Positions 37,101 through 47,180 of a stretch of DNA of 64,000 nt are shown here, one piece after another. A model generated the notes under the pieces. It was not told the DNA's origin. It ran no database searches and saw nothing but the letters and a program-made list of their open reading frames with translations. The first letter of the stretch is position 1. Each line of letters opens with the position of its first letter. The position numbers were made by a program, and so were the translations under genes. The stretch comes from Azolla caroliniana (Eukaryota; Plantae; Polypodiophyta): positions 7,626,001-7,690,000 of the forward strand of contig JBHGNT010000017.1 in assembly GCA_043228905.1 (NCBI GenBank). The letters are read 5' to 3'.

Positions 37101-38220
37101 TAATTAGCTACTGCCATAGTTGTGTAAAGTAGCTAATAAGCTATCCTAGTAGCTAATTAGCTACTAGCAGCTAATTAGCTATCCTAGTAGCTAATTAGCT
37201 ATCCTACTAGCTAATTAGCTACTACCATAGTTGAGTAAAGTACCTAATTAGCTACTGGCAACTAATTAGCTATCCTACTAGCTAATTAGCTGCTGGCAAC
37301 TAATTAGCTATCCTACTAGCGAATTAGCTATCCTAGTAGCTACTGCCATAGTTGTGTAAAGTAGCTAATAAGCTATCCTAGTAGCTAATTAGCTACTGGC
37401 AGCTAATTAGCTATCCTAGTAGCTAATTAGCTACTGGCAGCTAATTAGCTATCCTAGTAGCTAATTAGCTATCCTAACTACTACCATAGTTGAGTAAAGT
37501 ACCTAATTAGCTATCCTAACTACTACCATAGTTGAGTAAAGTACCTAATTAGCTATCATACTAGCTAATTAGCTATCGTACTAGCTAATTAGCTATCGTA
37601 CTAGCTAATTAGCTATCCTAGCTTCTACCATAGTTTAGTAAAGTAGCTAATTAGCTATCCTAAATAACTGTCATGTTATTGTAGAATCTTGTGGATTAAG
37701 GACGGCACATGATGTGTCTGGTGCTGATGATGCTGCAACAGATGAGGATACTACTGCCAATGTGGCTGAAAGTAAGAGTCCTGCTATCACATCTCCTTCA
37801 GATCAGCTGCACCCTATTCTTTTGGAACAGTGTACTGAATTAGGCAACGATGTGAAATGCCATGAAATAGTGGAAACAACATGTAAAACTGAGGTTCACA
37901 ACAACAGTGTTTATGAACACTTGATGCAACATTTCTTCGAGTCTCAAGACCTTGATTCCACCCCACCGAGCCCAACTACTGAAAATGTCCAAACAGATCC
38001 CTCTGTACTTGAAAAGCTAGTTCAAGAAACGGCTGATGTGCAATTAGCTGCTGAGGCGATGGGAAGGTTGTCGGAGGAGGACACACTTGCGCATTGGGTC
38101 CTAGAAGCAAGGCTAAATGGGGAACCAACCAGAAAAAGGCTGAAGAAGGGGCCACGATCGGGAACAAGACCAGTTACTCGGTCAAGGGGCCCAGACGTAG
38201 TGGAGCGAAATACTGTTTAG
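34150..38220 (+). CDS. Transposon-borne spliced gene: predicted 574-aa RING-H2 protein with acidic tail and basic NLS-like motif; exons 34150-34178, 34683-35364, 35443-35586, 35671-36004, 37685-38220
   Basis: All four introns are GT-AG and phase-compatible, giving 1725 nt with no internal stop; exon 4 has C-x2-C..C-x-H-x2-H-x2-C..C-x3-C (CIAC..PCNHTYHLLC..CLGDC); RKRLKK near the C-terminus. Confidence 0.75.
34215..34580. repeat. Degenerate ~26-bp tandem repeats containing telo-box TTAGGGTTT, in a cargo-gene intron
   Basis: Repeated GATTAGGGTTTGTGATTGAAATTTCT variants. Confidence 0.8.
36017..37660. repeat. Array of palindromic TAGCTAATTAGCTA units filling cargo-gene intron 4 (36005-37684)
   Basis: Dozens of ~19-20-bp units with higher-order blocks marked by ATAGTTGTGTAAAG. 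Confidence 0.95.
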
Positions 38221-38469
38221 TTGGATATGATTGTTAGCTTAGGGATTTTGCTAGGGTTTTATGAAGTTTTACTATCCTATTGGACAAGTAAAACCTCAGA
38301 TTGGTTGTTGCTTGATCCACATTATGTAATGGAACTCTATGATGTTTTTCCAAGATAATTTGAAGAGTGTTGTTCTATGACTGAAACTCTTTGATGTTCA
38401 GGATATTGTTTTGTGAGACTAGTAGTTACTTTGTGAGTGTGAATATGTTGGTGTTTTCTGATGTTGCAG

Positions 38470-39524
38470 AGTCTAAAGGGTTTGATTCTATTGCTCGTAA
38501 GGCCAATGGCAGTGTGGATACTGTTGATGTTGCGGCATGTTTAAAGGGCCCCATCTTGAAAGTAGATGTAGCAACTGACACAAGTGATCTGGTCACACAA
38601 GTTGATCAAGCATATAGCACGGATGACTTGGTGTTGCAGGTAGATGCAGCATGTAGCACGGATGACTTGGTGTTGCAGGTAGATGCAGCATGTAGCACGG
38701 ATGACTTGGTGTTGCAGGTAGATGCAGCATGTGATACCAGTGGACTGATATCGAGCAGATCAGTAGCTACATGCACTGAGGTAATCCAAGGATTGATAAC
38801 TAAGTCGACAAAACAAGAGCACCAGAATGTGAAGCTAGGCCCAACACAGTCGACTAGGGGTTTAAAGAGGAAAAGGACACCAGTTGTGTCAGTCGAACCT
38901 GAGCTGATTGAGATTGATCGTATCCTACCAGAAAATGGTGTAATAGCGGCTCAGTTTCAGGAATGGAAACCTAAACCACTAGAAGTCGAGCGAAGAGCCT
39001 TGATCTTGGAGCTGGATAAAGTCTTGATGAGTGTGAGATATATGCAGCCAAGGAGGGACGCAAATCAGTTTCTAGAGTGGGCTGTGGAGTACTTCGATTT
39101 GTTTATTTGGAGTGAAAAACCAAAATCAGATGTGTGGAAGTGTTTGGCAAGATTCTTCCCAAAATGGCGAAGTCGTTTTAAAGGTCAATGGGCACGAGAA
39201 AATTGTGAGCAGATGGAAGCTGCAAGATTCAAGAGGCTTTCTGATTTTTGGGCTACTTGGCCTGAATATAATGCTGACAATACATTGATTTTGGATACAG
39301 AACATTTCCGACACTACTTCAATATTCGGAGATGCTGTCTCATTCTACCCGAGGAAACGCCTGAACAGTACCTGGTGCAAACAGTGAGCTGCCAACTAGG
39401 TGCATGGTTGTGGACTCCATACCGAGCTCAATATGCGGATAATATATGTAGACTCGTTCCACTGACTAGCAAGAGCTTAGCTGTTTATAGGAGATTTGTA
39501 GACATTTCCAATGGTAATTTATAA
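38470..39524 (+). CDS. Exon encoding a degenerate FCP1/NIF-family (HAD) phosphatase-like domain; possible alternative last exon of the cargo gene
   Basis: ALILELDKVL..PRRDANQFLEWAVEYFDLFIWS..FKRLSDFW..YNADNTLILD resembles the FCP1-homology domain but DxDxT reads ELDKV; TTGCAG acceptor at 38469 is phase 1, matching the exon 4 donor; KRKR motif. Confidence 0.65.
38615..38732 (+). repeat. In-frame 39-bp tandem repeat (STDDLVLQVDAAC x3)
   Basis: Three copies of TAGCACGGATGACTTGGTGTTGCAGGTAGATGCAGCATG. Confidence 0.9.
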
Positions 39525-39691
39525 ATATGTAAAGAGATGACATTATTCAATGAAGAATTTAATTACTTGTTCCCACTGTACTTATCTACTGTGTAATTTG
39601 AGGAATATGTTGCAGATTGTTGATTTCATTCTATTGATGACTATTTAGCTATTGACAGCTAATTAGCTGCATTTGTACAGCTAATTAGCTG

Positions 39692-40205
39692 CATTTGTAC
39701 AGCTAATTAGCTGCATTTGTACAGCTAATTAGCTACTGATGACTATTTCGCTATAACTTATAACTTAAAACTTAACAAAAAAGACATGATTTTATTGAGA
39801 AAGAAGCACAGAAAGCAGACTGTATACAAGAAATTGATTCCAAACGAATTTATTGATCTGTTTTCGCGAAATACATGTTTGTTTTACAAGAGAACATGGT
39901 AAGTGCTACTTGTAGCTACAAATTCCATGGCATACTATTGTAAATACATTTGTACAGCTAATTAGCTGCATTTGTACAGCTAATTAGCTACTGATGACTA
40001 TTTCGCTATAACTTATAACTTAAAACTTAACAAAAAAGACATGATTTTATTGAGAAAGAAGCACAGAAAGCAGACTGTATACAAGAAATTGATTCCAAAC
40101 GAATTTATTGATCTGTTTTCGCGAAATACATGTTTGTTTTACAAGAGAACATGGTAAGTGCTACTTGTAGCTACAAATTCCATGGCATACTATTGTAAAT
40201 ACATT
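39692..40205. repeat. 255-bp tandem duplication of the transposase stop codon and 3' UTR
   Basis: GCTACTGATGACTATTTCG at 39732 and 39987; both copies include the reverse complement of ..IYNSMPWNL*. Confidence 0.85.
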
Positions 40206-43200
40206 CATACACATTAGCACCAACAGTGTATAAACCGGAGCAGCTATTGTATTCTGACATTGGGACGTTGATGCATCTGACCAAATGAGAGTACATATAC
40301 GCCGCTGGTTTGTCTTCTAACAGCCTGTACACATATTCGTAGTCATCTAGTTTTGCATAAAAAATGCCTTCGATGTAGAATGTCCCGGCAGATACAAAAT
40401 TTCCCCATGCATCTACAATATTCTGCCTTGCACACTGTTTACTAACCGTGCACTTTAATATATAGAAATCAGCACCCTCTGAATTGCCTTCTTCAGCATT
40501 TACAGCGAAGTTATCCCCAACGTTCAGGACATCACTCAAAGTATCTCCAAGTCCCTCATATGTGAAGTCAGCATTCTGCCCTGTTTCTCCATCAACTGCT
40601 TCCTTATCATTCAGAGTGTGATACTCCCAATTCTGAATGTATGCTTTGTTTAGACAATATCTCCAATTTCCCTGCACACAATGGAAGCAAAAACAAGTCA
40701 ATTCTCTAACCGCAATACAATGACCATCCAACCTGGAATAACCGCGAACAGCATGCAGAGATCGCAATTCGGGAATTCCTTGGCACTCCCAGGTCTTCTC
40801 CCTATTTACTTCATCTATCTTCACTTCCCAAAATTCACGTTTGATATCTCGAACTTGCGAGGAATAAACACCTGTGGCACTCGTCGACATATTTGTTCTT
40901 AAAAATTCAACTACATGTGATGCACAATTCATGTGCACACCATCTGTCTTTAGTTGTTCATGGGTAAGTGCCCGCTTTATAACAGCCCCTGCACCATCAT
41001 GTTCACCTTTACCATGGCCAGACCCAAAAAAATTCCATCTCATCTCCAAACCTGTTATAGCAGGATACCTCCCCACAAAATAAAATGGACGTCGAGCCTT
41101 GAATTGTGACGCAGCTCCGTCAGACCAGACCCAATGTTGAGTAAGCTCCAAACGTTGAGCTAATAACCACTGCCAATGTAACTTAAAACAGTGTTGGACG
41201 AACAAGGTATCATGCTTCTTATCATCGGAAATAAAGAAATGAATTACTTTTTTAACATCACCTGAAACTCGAAAATATGTTATGTGCACAAAAATGGTTA
41301 CCTGAACTGAACACCAATGCATAGATTGAATTTCATTCTGCTGCTTGAAAGTATAATTCTCTGCGAAATCTACTACTGAGACTACTACATCATTTGGGAA
41401 ATCAGATATGCAAGTCTTAAACTGATGGGCCTGCCATGAATAAATGAAGTTGTGTTTAATGAACTTTCCTAGAGATACTACAAACAGAGACACCAAATCC
41501 CTTGGTTTAAGCATCTTCCGAACTAGATCCTTTCTTTTACACACCTTTCCTTCGAAATTGGTGTTCACTGACTCAAATAACTTCACAGAGATCAATATTT
41601 CACTACTCAATTCATTTGGACACCACCTAAATCTAGTAGGGCCACAATCTTGACATAAACCCATGACACATTTATGAATATGGAAGATAGCGTCAGATTC
41701 TCTCGGACACAATATTGAATCTAATAAATAACTCATGGAAGAGATAACGTGCTCAGATGATTTACACTCCTCTTGCGGGCTTGATCGACAGATTGGGCAC
41801 CCACATGTGCAAACTGTATTAGTTAGGGATGCGCTATGGTGACGTAGTAGATTAACAGAGTCCTTCAGAAAACCCATCTGTACATGGTAAATGCAACAAC
41901 ATGTGTATCGATCCTTTAAGCGTCTCACAAAGTGTGGCTTAAGAGACTCGAATGTTCGTAGTTGAACTTTGATAGTTGGATGCATTCGTTTGAACCTAAT
42001 AAATAAATCGACCTGCGTAATAAAGGGGAATTAGTTATTCTCGTAACTAGCTAACTATCCTAGTAGCTAATTAGCTATTCTAGTAGCTAGTTAGCTATTC
42101 TAGTAGCTAGTTAGCTATTCTAGTAGCTAATTAGCTATCATGGTAGCTAATTAGTTGTCCTAGTAGCTAATTAGCTATCATGGTAGTTAATTAGTTGTCG
42201 TAGTAGCTAATTAGCTATCATGGTAGCTAATTAGCTATTCTAGTAGCTAATTAGCTATCATGGTAGCTAATTAGCTGTCGTAGTAGCTAATTAGCTATCA
42301 TGGTAGCTAATTAGCTGTCCTAGTAGCTAATCGGTTGTCCTAGTAGCTAATTAGCTATCATGGTAGCTAATTAGCTGTCGTAGTAGCTAATTAGCTATCA
42401 TGGTAGCTAATTAGCTATTCTAGTAGCTAATTAGCTATTCTAGTAGCTAATTAGCTATCATGGTAGCTAATTAGCTGTCGTAGTAGCTAATTAGCTATCA
42501 TGGTAGCTAATTAGCTGTCGTAGTAGCTAATTAGCTATCATGGTAGCTAATTAGCTATTCTAGTAGGTAATTAGCTATTCTAGTAGCTAATTAGCTATCA
42601 TGGTAGCTAATTAGCTATCATGGTAGCTAATTAGCTGTCCTAGTAGCTAATTAGCTATCATGGTGGCTAATTAGCTTGTCTACTAGCTAATTACCTATCA
42701 TGGTGGCTAATTAGCTTTCCTAGTAACTAATTAGCTATCATGGTAGCTAATTAGCTGGTCTAGTAGCTAATTAGCTATCGTGGTAGCTAATTAGCTGGTC
42801 TAGTAGCTAATTAGCTATAATGGTGGCTGATTAGCTTTCCTAGTAACTAATTAGCTATCATGGTAGCTAATTAGCTGGTATAGTAGCTAATTAGCTATCA
42901 TGGTAGCTAATTAGCTATCACGGTGGCTAATTAGCTGTCCTAGTAACTAATTAGCTATCATGGTAGCTAATTAGCTGGTCTAGTAGCTAATTAGCTATAA
43001 TGGTGGCTAATTAGCTATCCTAACTAATTAGCTATCATGGTAGTAGCTATTGAGAGTAGCCAGTTACCTATGTAGTAGCTATCATAGTAGCTAATTAGCT
43101 ATCATGGTAGCTAATTAGCTTTCCTAGTAGCTAATTAGCTGGTAATAACGAAATAGCTAACTAGCTACCATGATAGCTAACTAGCTAGCAGTACAGCTAA

Positions 43201-44158
43201 TTATCTGGTAGTACCTAAATTAGCTATTGAGAATAGCTAATTAGCTATCATGGTAGTAACTATTGAGAGTAGCTAGTTACCTATGTAGTAGCGATCCTAG
43301 TAGCTAACTGAGGTAAATGTAACTGATAAGCTAATTAGCTTTTCTGCTAACTGAGCTAATTAACTTTCCGAGTAGAGTCAAAACAAATGTTGAGATAAAT
43401 GTAAATACCTGAGGTACATCAAGAAGATGAATGGGATGCTCCTCGTATTGATTTCTTCCAACACGTTTCCTGCATAAATCCTTTTTATTGGGTGAAACCC
43501 TACTCTCATTAGTCCAAAACATTGTGATTACATCCTTGATTTCAAATGTTATGGGTGTCATTGGCTTACATCTTGTAGTTAGCTTTAGTAGACTAGTTCC
43601 TTCACCCGAGGAAATTATACGGTTCATTGTATTGTACACTGTTTTTCTACTAACACCAATTACCTTAGATAGCTCACTGATGTTTATATCGTCAACATCA
43701 CTATTAAGTAACATCATTAGACTAGACCTTTTTAAGACAAGATCATCTTCTGACCTGCTCATGGATACGAAACTATTACGAAGATTATTTACTAAAATAG
43801 ATGATATGTTTGCATTAAGACCATCACAATCAACTAAGTCCTTTATCGATGGATCATTACATATTCCATAAAGTACTACCTTCTTTTCTTCATTGCTGAT
43901 GTGCTTGGTTTGAACATTGAAATAGTCTACAACCTTTCTCTCTATGATGGTAGTCGCATTACTTACATTCTCAGCTAAACTATCCTTACCTTTACTGAGT
44001 GTGGCTTTCGTATCCTTCAACAATTGACGATGTTTCCTTTTTTTTTCTGCCCAATAGTTTCGTATGGCTTGTTGTGTCCTGATAACATCATCCCTATCCT
44101 TATGATCATTGAGGGGTAATTCTAAACACCCTTCTTCCCCTTCCATTTGGCTAGACAT
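40171..44158 (-). CDS. Sola2-type DDD transposase, predicted 863 aa, two exons (44158-43409 and 42012-40171)
   Basis: CAG|GTATTT donor and TTACGCAG|GTC acceptor join in frame (..LLDVPQ|VDLFIRFKRMHP..); motifs CCCIYH, VDFAENY..NEIQSMHW, WSDGAASQFK, GHGKGEHDGAG; no stops. Confidence 0.87.
42025..43360. repeat. Array of palindromic TAGCTAATTAGCT units (20-bp period) filling the transposase intron (42013-43408)
   Basis: Regular TAGTAGCTAATTAGCTATCA / TGGTAGCTAATTAGCTGTCG 20-mers. Confidence 0.95.
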
Positions 44159-44494
44159 GTTAAAACCCTAAATTTCCAGAAAAAAAAACAAGTATTAAAG
44201 ATGGCTATGGGCAACAACAATACACAAAAATATTCCACACAATACACAAGATTAGACACAACAATACACAAGATAATCAATAGACAGAAAAGTTATTGCA
44301 ATCCAAGACCGAACAGTAGAGGATTTCACTCTGTTGGATCCAACAGTTGAGGAGGCGATCCAAGACCGACCAATGGCAACAACTGAGTGTAGAATGTTGC
44401 CGTTGGATGAGTGAACTCCGTCAAATCGAAATGTGGAAGCAATCCGGGACTGGACAGTAGTGGCAACTGAGTATAGAATGATGGCAATGGAGGA

Positions 44495-45228
44495 GAGAAC
44501 CCTGTCAGATTGAACAGTTACCGATGATGCTTGAAACGCACATAGAAGGCACTTGAGAATAGAGTGGCATAGAGAAGAGAACCCCGTCAGATTGAACAGT
44601 TACCAATGATGCTTGAAACGCACAGTAGCGGCCCCTGAGTGAGAGTGGAAAAGAGAAGAGAACCCCGTCAGATTGAACAGTTACCAATGATGCTTGAAAC
44701 GCACAGTAGCGGCCCCTGAGTGAGAGTGGAAAAGAGAAGAGAACCCCGTCAGATTGAATAGCTCTTTGATTATGCTTGGAACGCACAGTAGCAACCCCTG
44801 AGTGTAGAGTGGCAAAGAGAAGAGAACCCCGTCAGATTGAACAGCTCTTTGATGATGCTTGGAACGCACAGCAGCGGCCCCTGAGTGTAGAGTGGCACAG
44901 AGAAGAGAACCCCCTCAGATTGAACAGCTCTTTGATGATGCTTGGAACGCACAGTAATGGCCCCTGAGTGTAGAGTGGCACAGAGAAGAGAACCCCCTCA
45001 GATTGAACAGCTCTTTGATGATGCTTGGAACGCACAGTAATGGCCCCTGAGTGTAGAGTGGCACAGAGAAGAGAACCCCGTCAGATTGAACAGCTCTTTG
45101 ATGATGCTTGGAATGCACAATAGTGGCCCCTGAGTGTAGAGTGTCACAGAGAAGAGAACCCCGTCAGATTGAGCAGCTCTTTGATGATGCTTGGAACGCA
45201 CAGTAGCGGCCCCTCAGTGTAGAGTGGC
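44495..45228. repeat. Nine tandem 81-83-bp repeats upstream of the transposase
   Basis: Units start GAGAACCC at 44495, 44577, 44658, 44739, 44822, 44905, 44988, 45071 and 45154. Confidence 0.93.
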
Positions 45229-45556
45229 GGCAGGTGGACTCGATAGGGTTTAGCAACAATGGTAGCAACTAACCCACAGTACTCAACTAGAGATGGCCTA
45301 CGTGATGTGGCAAAGGATCATGCATAATGGACCTAGGAATTCGATATATAATTTATGGTACACATTTATGGTGCACACATCAATTTATGTTGCACATTTA
45401 TGGCACTCATTTACATATGTAATTAAAACACTCTAGTATTTTCAATGGTAGTTTTTTGCATACTTAATTTATTAATGATGGCTTTTTACTAAAATGACTA
45501 TTTATCAATGGTAGCTTTTTGCATAGCTAATTAGCTATGTCAAGGACATAGCTAAT

Positions 45557-45581
45557 TGTTTCCACTCGCATGCTTTCACCC
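45557..45581 (-). repeat. Right TIR, preceded by subterminal AGCTAATTAGCT
   Basis: Inverted repeat of 33645-33669. Confidence 0.95.
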
Positions 45582-46069
45582 ACATACCTTTATTAAAAGG
45601 TAAAAATCGTGTATTCTTTAGAGTGTGAATATTTTATTTACACGTGCCATTAAAAGTGACTCATGCACATCTAGCGTGCATGAGCCCTATATTTAGGAAA
45701 TGACAAAGCATCACATGCACATTTAGTGTGCATGGACACTTTAGGTGAAAAAGCATGAAGCCATGCTTAGCCTCTGCCATCTTTATATAAGGAGGAGAGA
45801 AATATGTATAAGGTTGTTGATTAATATACAAGGTTTGATCAATCTAATATATTCGTGGGATTCACGAATTTTGCCATCTAATTGCTCTTATAATCTAAAT
45901 AATGTTTTAAAATACACTAAACTCGTGGGATTCACGAGATTGCTATCTTACTTCTCTTCCTATTATTCATAACTAGCCTTAAGTTGTATTCCTCTTCCTC
46001 CTAGTCCAAAACCTCGGCAGTTCCCACCCGACTCACGCAACGATCCAAAGCCGAAAGGCACGACAACGT

Positions 46070-47114
46070 GCCACAAGGAGTGGTTCTCATACCTTGAGAA
46101 ACCGATGTAACCGGGAGTAGTCGCAACCGGAGACGACACTCCGTATCCGATCACGAATGTCGGTGAAGTTCCCCTGAGCCATGTCGGGCAGAAAGGGAAA
46201 CTCATGAACGTGTTACACGTTCCACCAATCACGAAGAACCTGGTGTCGGTCGGACAGATCATCGACCAGGGGATGCAGGTTCGGTTTACGCATCTCGGGT
46301 GCTTTATCGAGGAAGAAGGCCGTGTTATTGCGCAAGGGCGCAAAGACAGGAGGATGTTTATCCTCGACTCCAATGACGGTGGCACCGCAATGTTCGCGAA
46401 AGGACATAAAGTCGAGTCGGATATCAACTTATGGCACAAGAGAATAGGCCACGTCACCTATCAACGGCTTTAGGACCTGCAATCGAAACAGGTGGTGTTC
46501 GGATTGCCCAAATTTAGTGGCCGGAAGACACAAATTTGTGAAGCCTGCCAGCTAGGGAAGCAACACCGACTTCCTTTCCCTAACAAGCGTAACCGGAGCC
46601 GGAACAAGCTTGACTTGGTACATTCTGATGTATGGGGGCCAACACAGAACGTTAGTCTTGGCGGGAGTTGATATTTCGTCTCCTTCATCGACGACTATAC
46701 GCGGCACACGTGGATCTACCTCATTGAGAAGAAGAGTGAAGACTTCGACTGTTTCTGGGACCTCAAGAGTTTCCTCGAAAGGGAAACAGGAAGAAAGATC
46801 AAGTGCTTGCGGTTGGCTGGCGGAAAAGAGTACTTTTCCGGTCAATTCAACGGGTATCTGCAACAAATGGGAATTCGGCGCGAATTCAGTTGCAGATATA
46901 CGCCGGAGCAAAAAGGCGTGGCCGAAAGGAAGAATCGGTGAATTGTAGAAGCGGTGCGGGCAATGCTGGAAGAAAAGAGCTTGCCCAAGTTCTATTGGGC
47001 CAAAGCGGTACGAACCGTGGTCTATATCTAGAATCGAATCGGAGACAAAGTGTCGGCACATGAGCTGTATTTTGGAAGGAAGCCGAATCTACGACACTTG
47101 AGAGTTTTTGGTAG
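46070..47114 (+). pseudogene. C1 protease, GAG-pre-integrase and integrase (decayed)
   Basis: NVLHVP..KNLVSV, LWHKRIGH, HSDVWGP, LRVFG motifs with stops. Confidence 0.85.
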
Positions 47115-47180
47115 TGTAAAGGAATACGTTATGCGGAAACATGTGCGAAAACACAGAGTACACAGTTCGGAGGAATAAGA

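Larger units (their letters stand above)
33645..45581 (-). mobile_element. Sola2-like cut-and-paste DNA transposon (11.9 kb) with a cargo gene, inserted in the G3 3' LTR
   Basis: 25-bp TIRs GGGTAAAAGCATGCGAGTGGAAACA / TGTTTCCACTCGCATGCTTTCACCC (1 mismatch); GRG...CYC ends; 4-bp TSD ACAT confirmed against the empty site in the G3 5' LTR; DDD-type transposase. Confidence 0.88.
26856..46065 (+). mobile_element. G3: non-chromovirus Ty3/Gypsy (Phygy-like, tRNA-Trp primed), inserted in the C1 protease
   Basis: 5' LTR 26856-27560 (TGTCG...CGACA); 3' LTR 33420-33644 + 45586-46065 split by a DNA transposon; 4-bp TSD ACGT (26852-26855 / 46066-46069); PPT 33408-33419; clade name is inference. Confidence 0.92.
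8768..47114 (+). mobile_element. C1: old Ty1/Copia element, host of G1b, G3 and Copia D; own sequence is 8768-8913, 25414-26855 and 46070-47114
   Basis: LTR TGTTGAGA...TTTTTACA (8768-25709, split by G1b); PBS TGGTATCAGAGC; gag zinc knuckle CWYCGKKGHKESEC; protease WYVDSGASNHMT continues across the G3 insertion; integrase HSDVWGP; remainder presumably beyond the window. Confidence 0.88.

Noticed and set aside
34150-39524. Resident host gene in the middle of the cluster
   Set aside because: It lies between the TIRs of an element that splits a Gypsy LTR with a clean TSD, so it is transposon cargo
44495-45228. Regularly spaced repeats resembling a CRISPR array
   Set aside because: Whole units are repeated with no unique spacers, no cas genes, eukaryotic context
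33645-45581. Classification as Mutator, hAT or CACTA
   Set aside because: 4-bp TSD, GGG..CCC ends and DFAENY/SDG/HGK-DG motifs do not fit those superfamilies (9-11, 8 and 3-bp TSDs)
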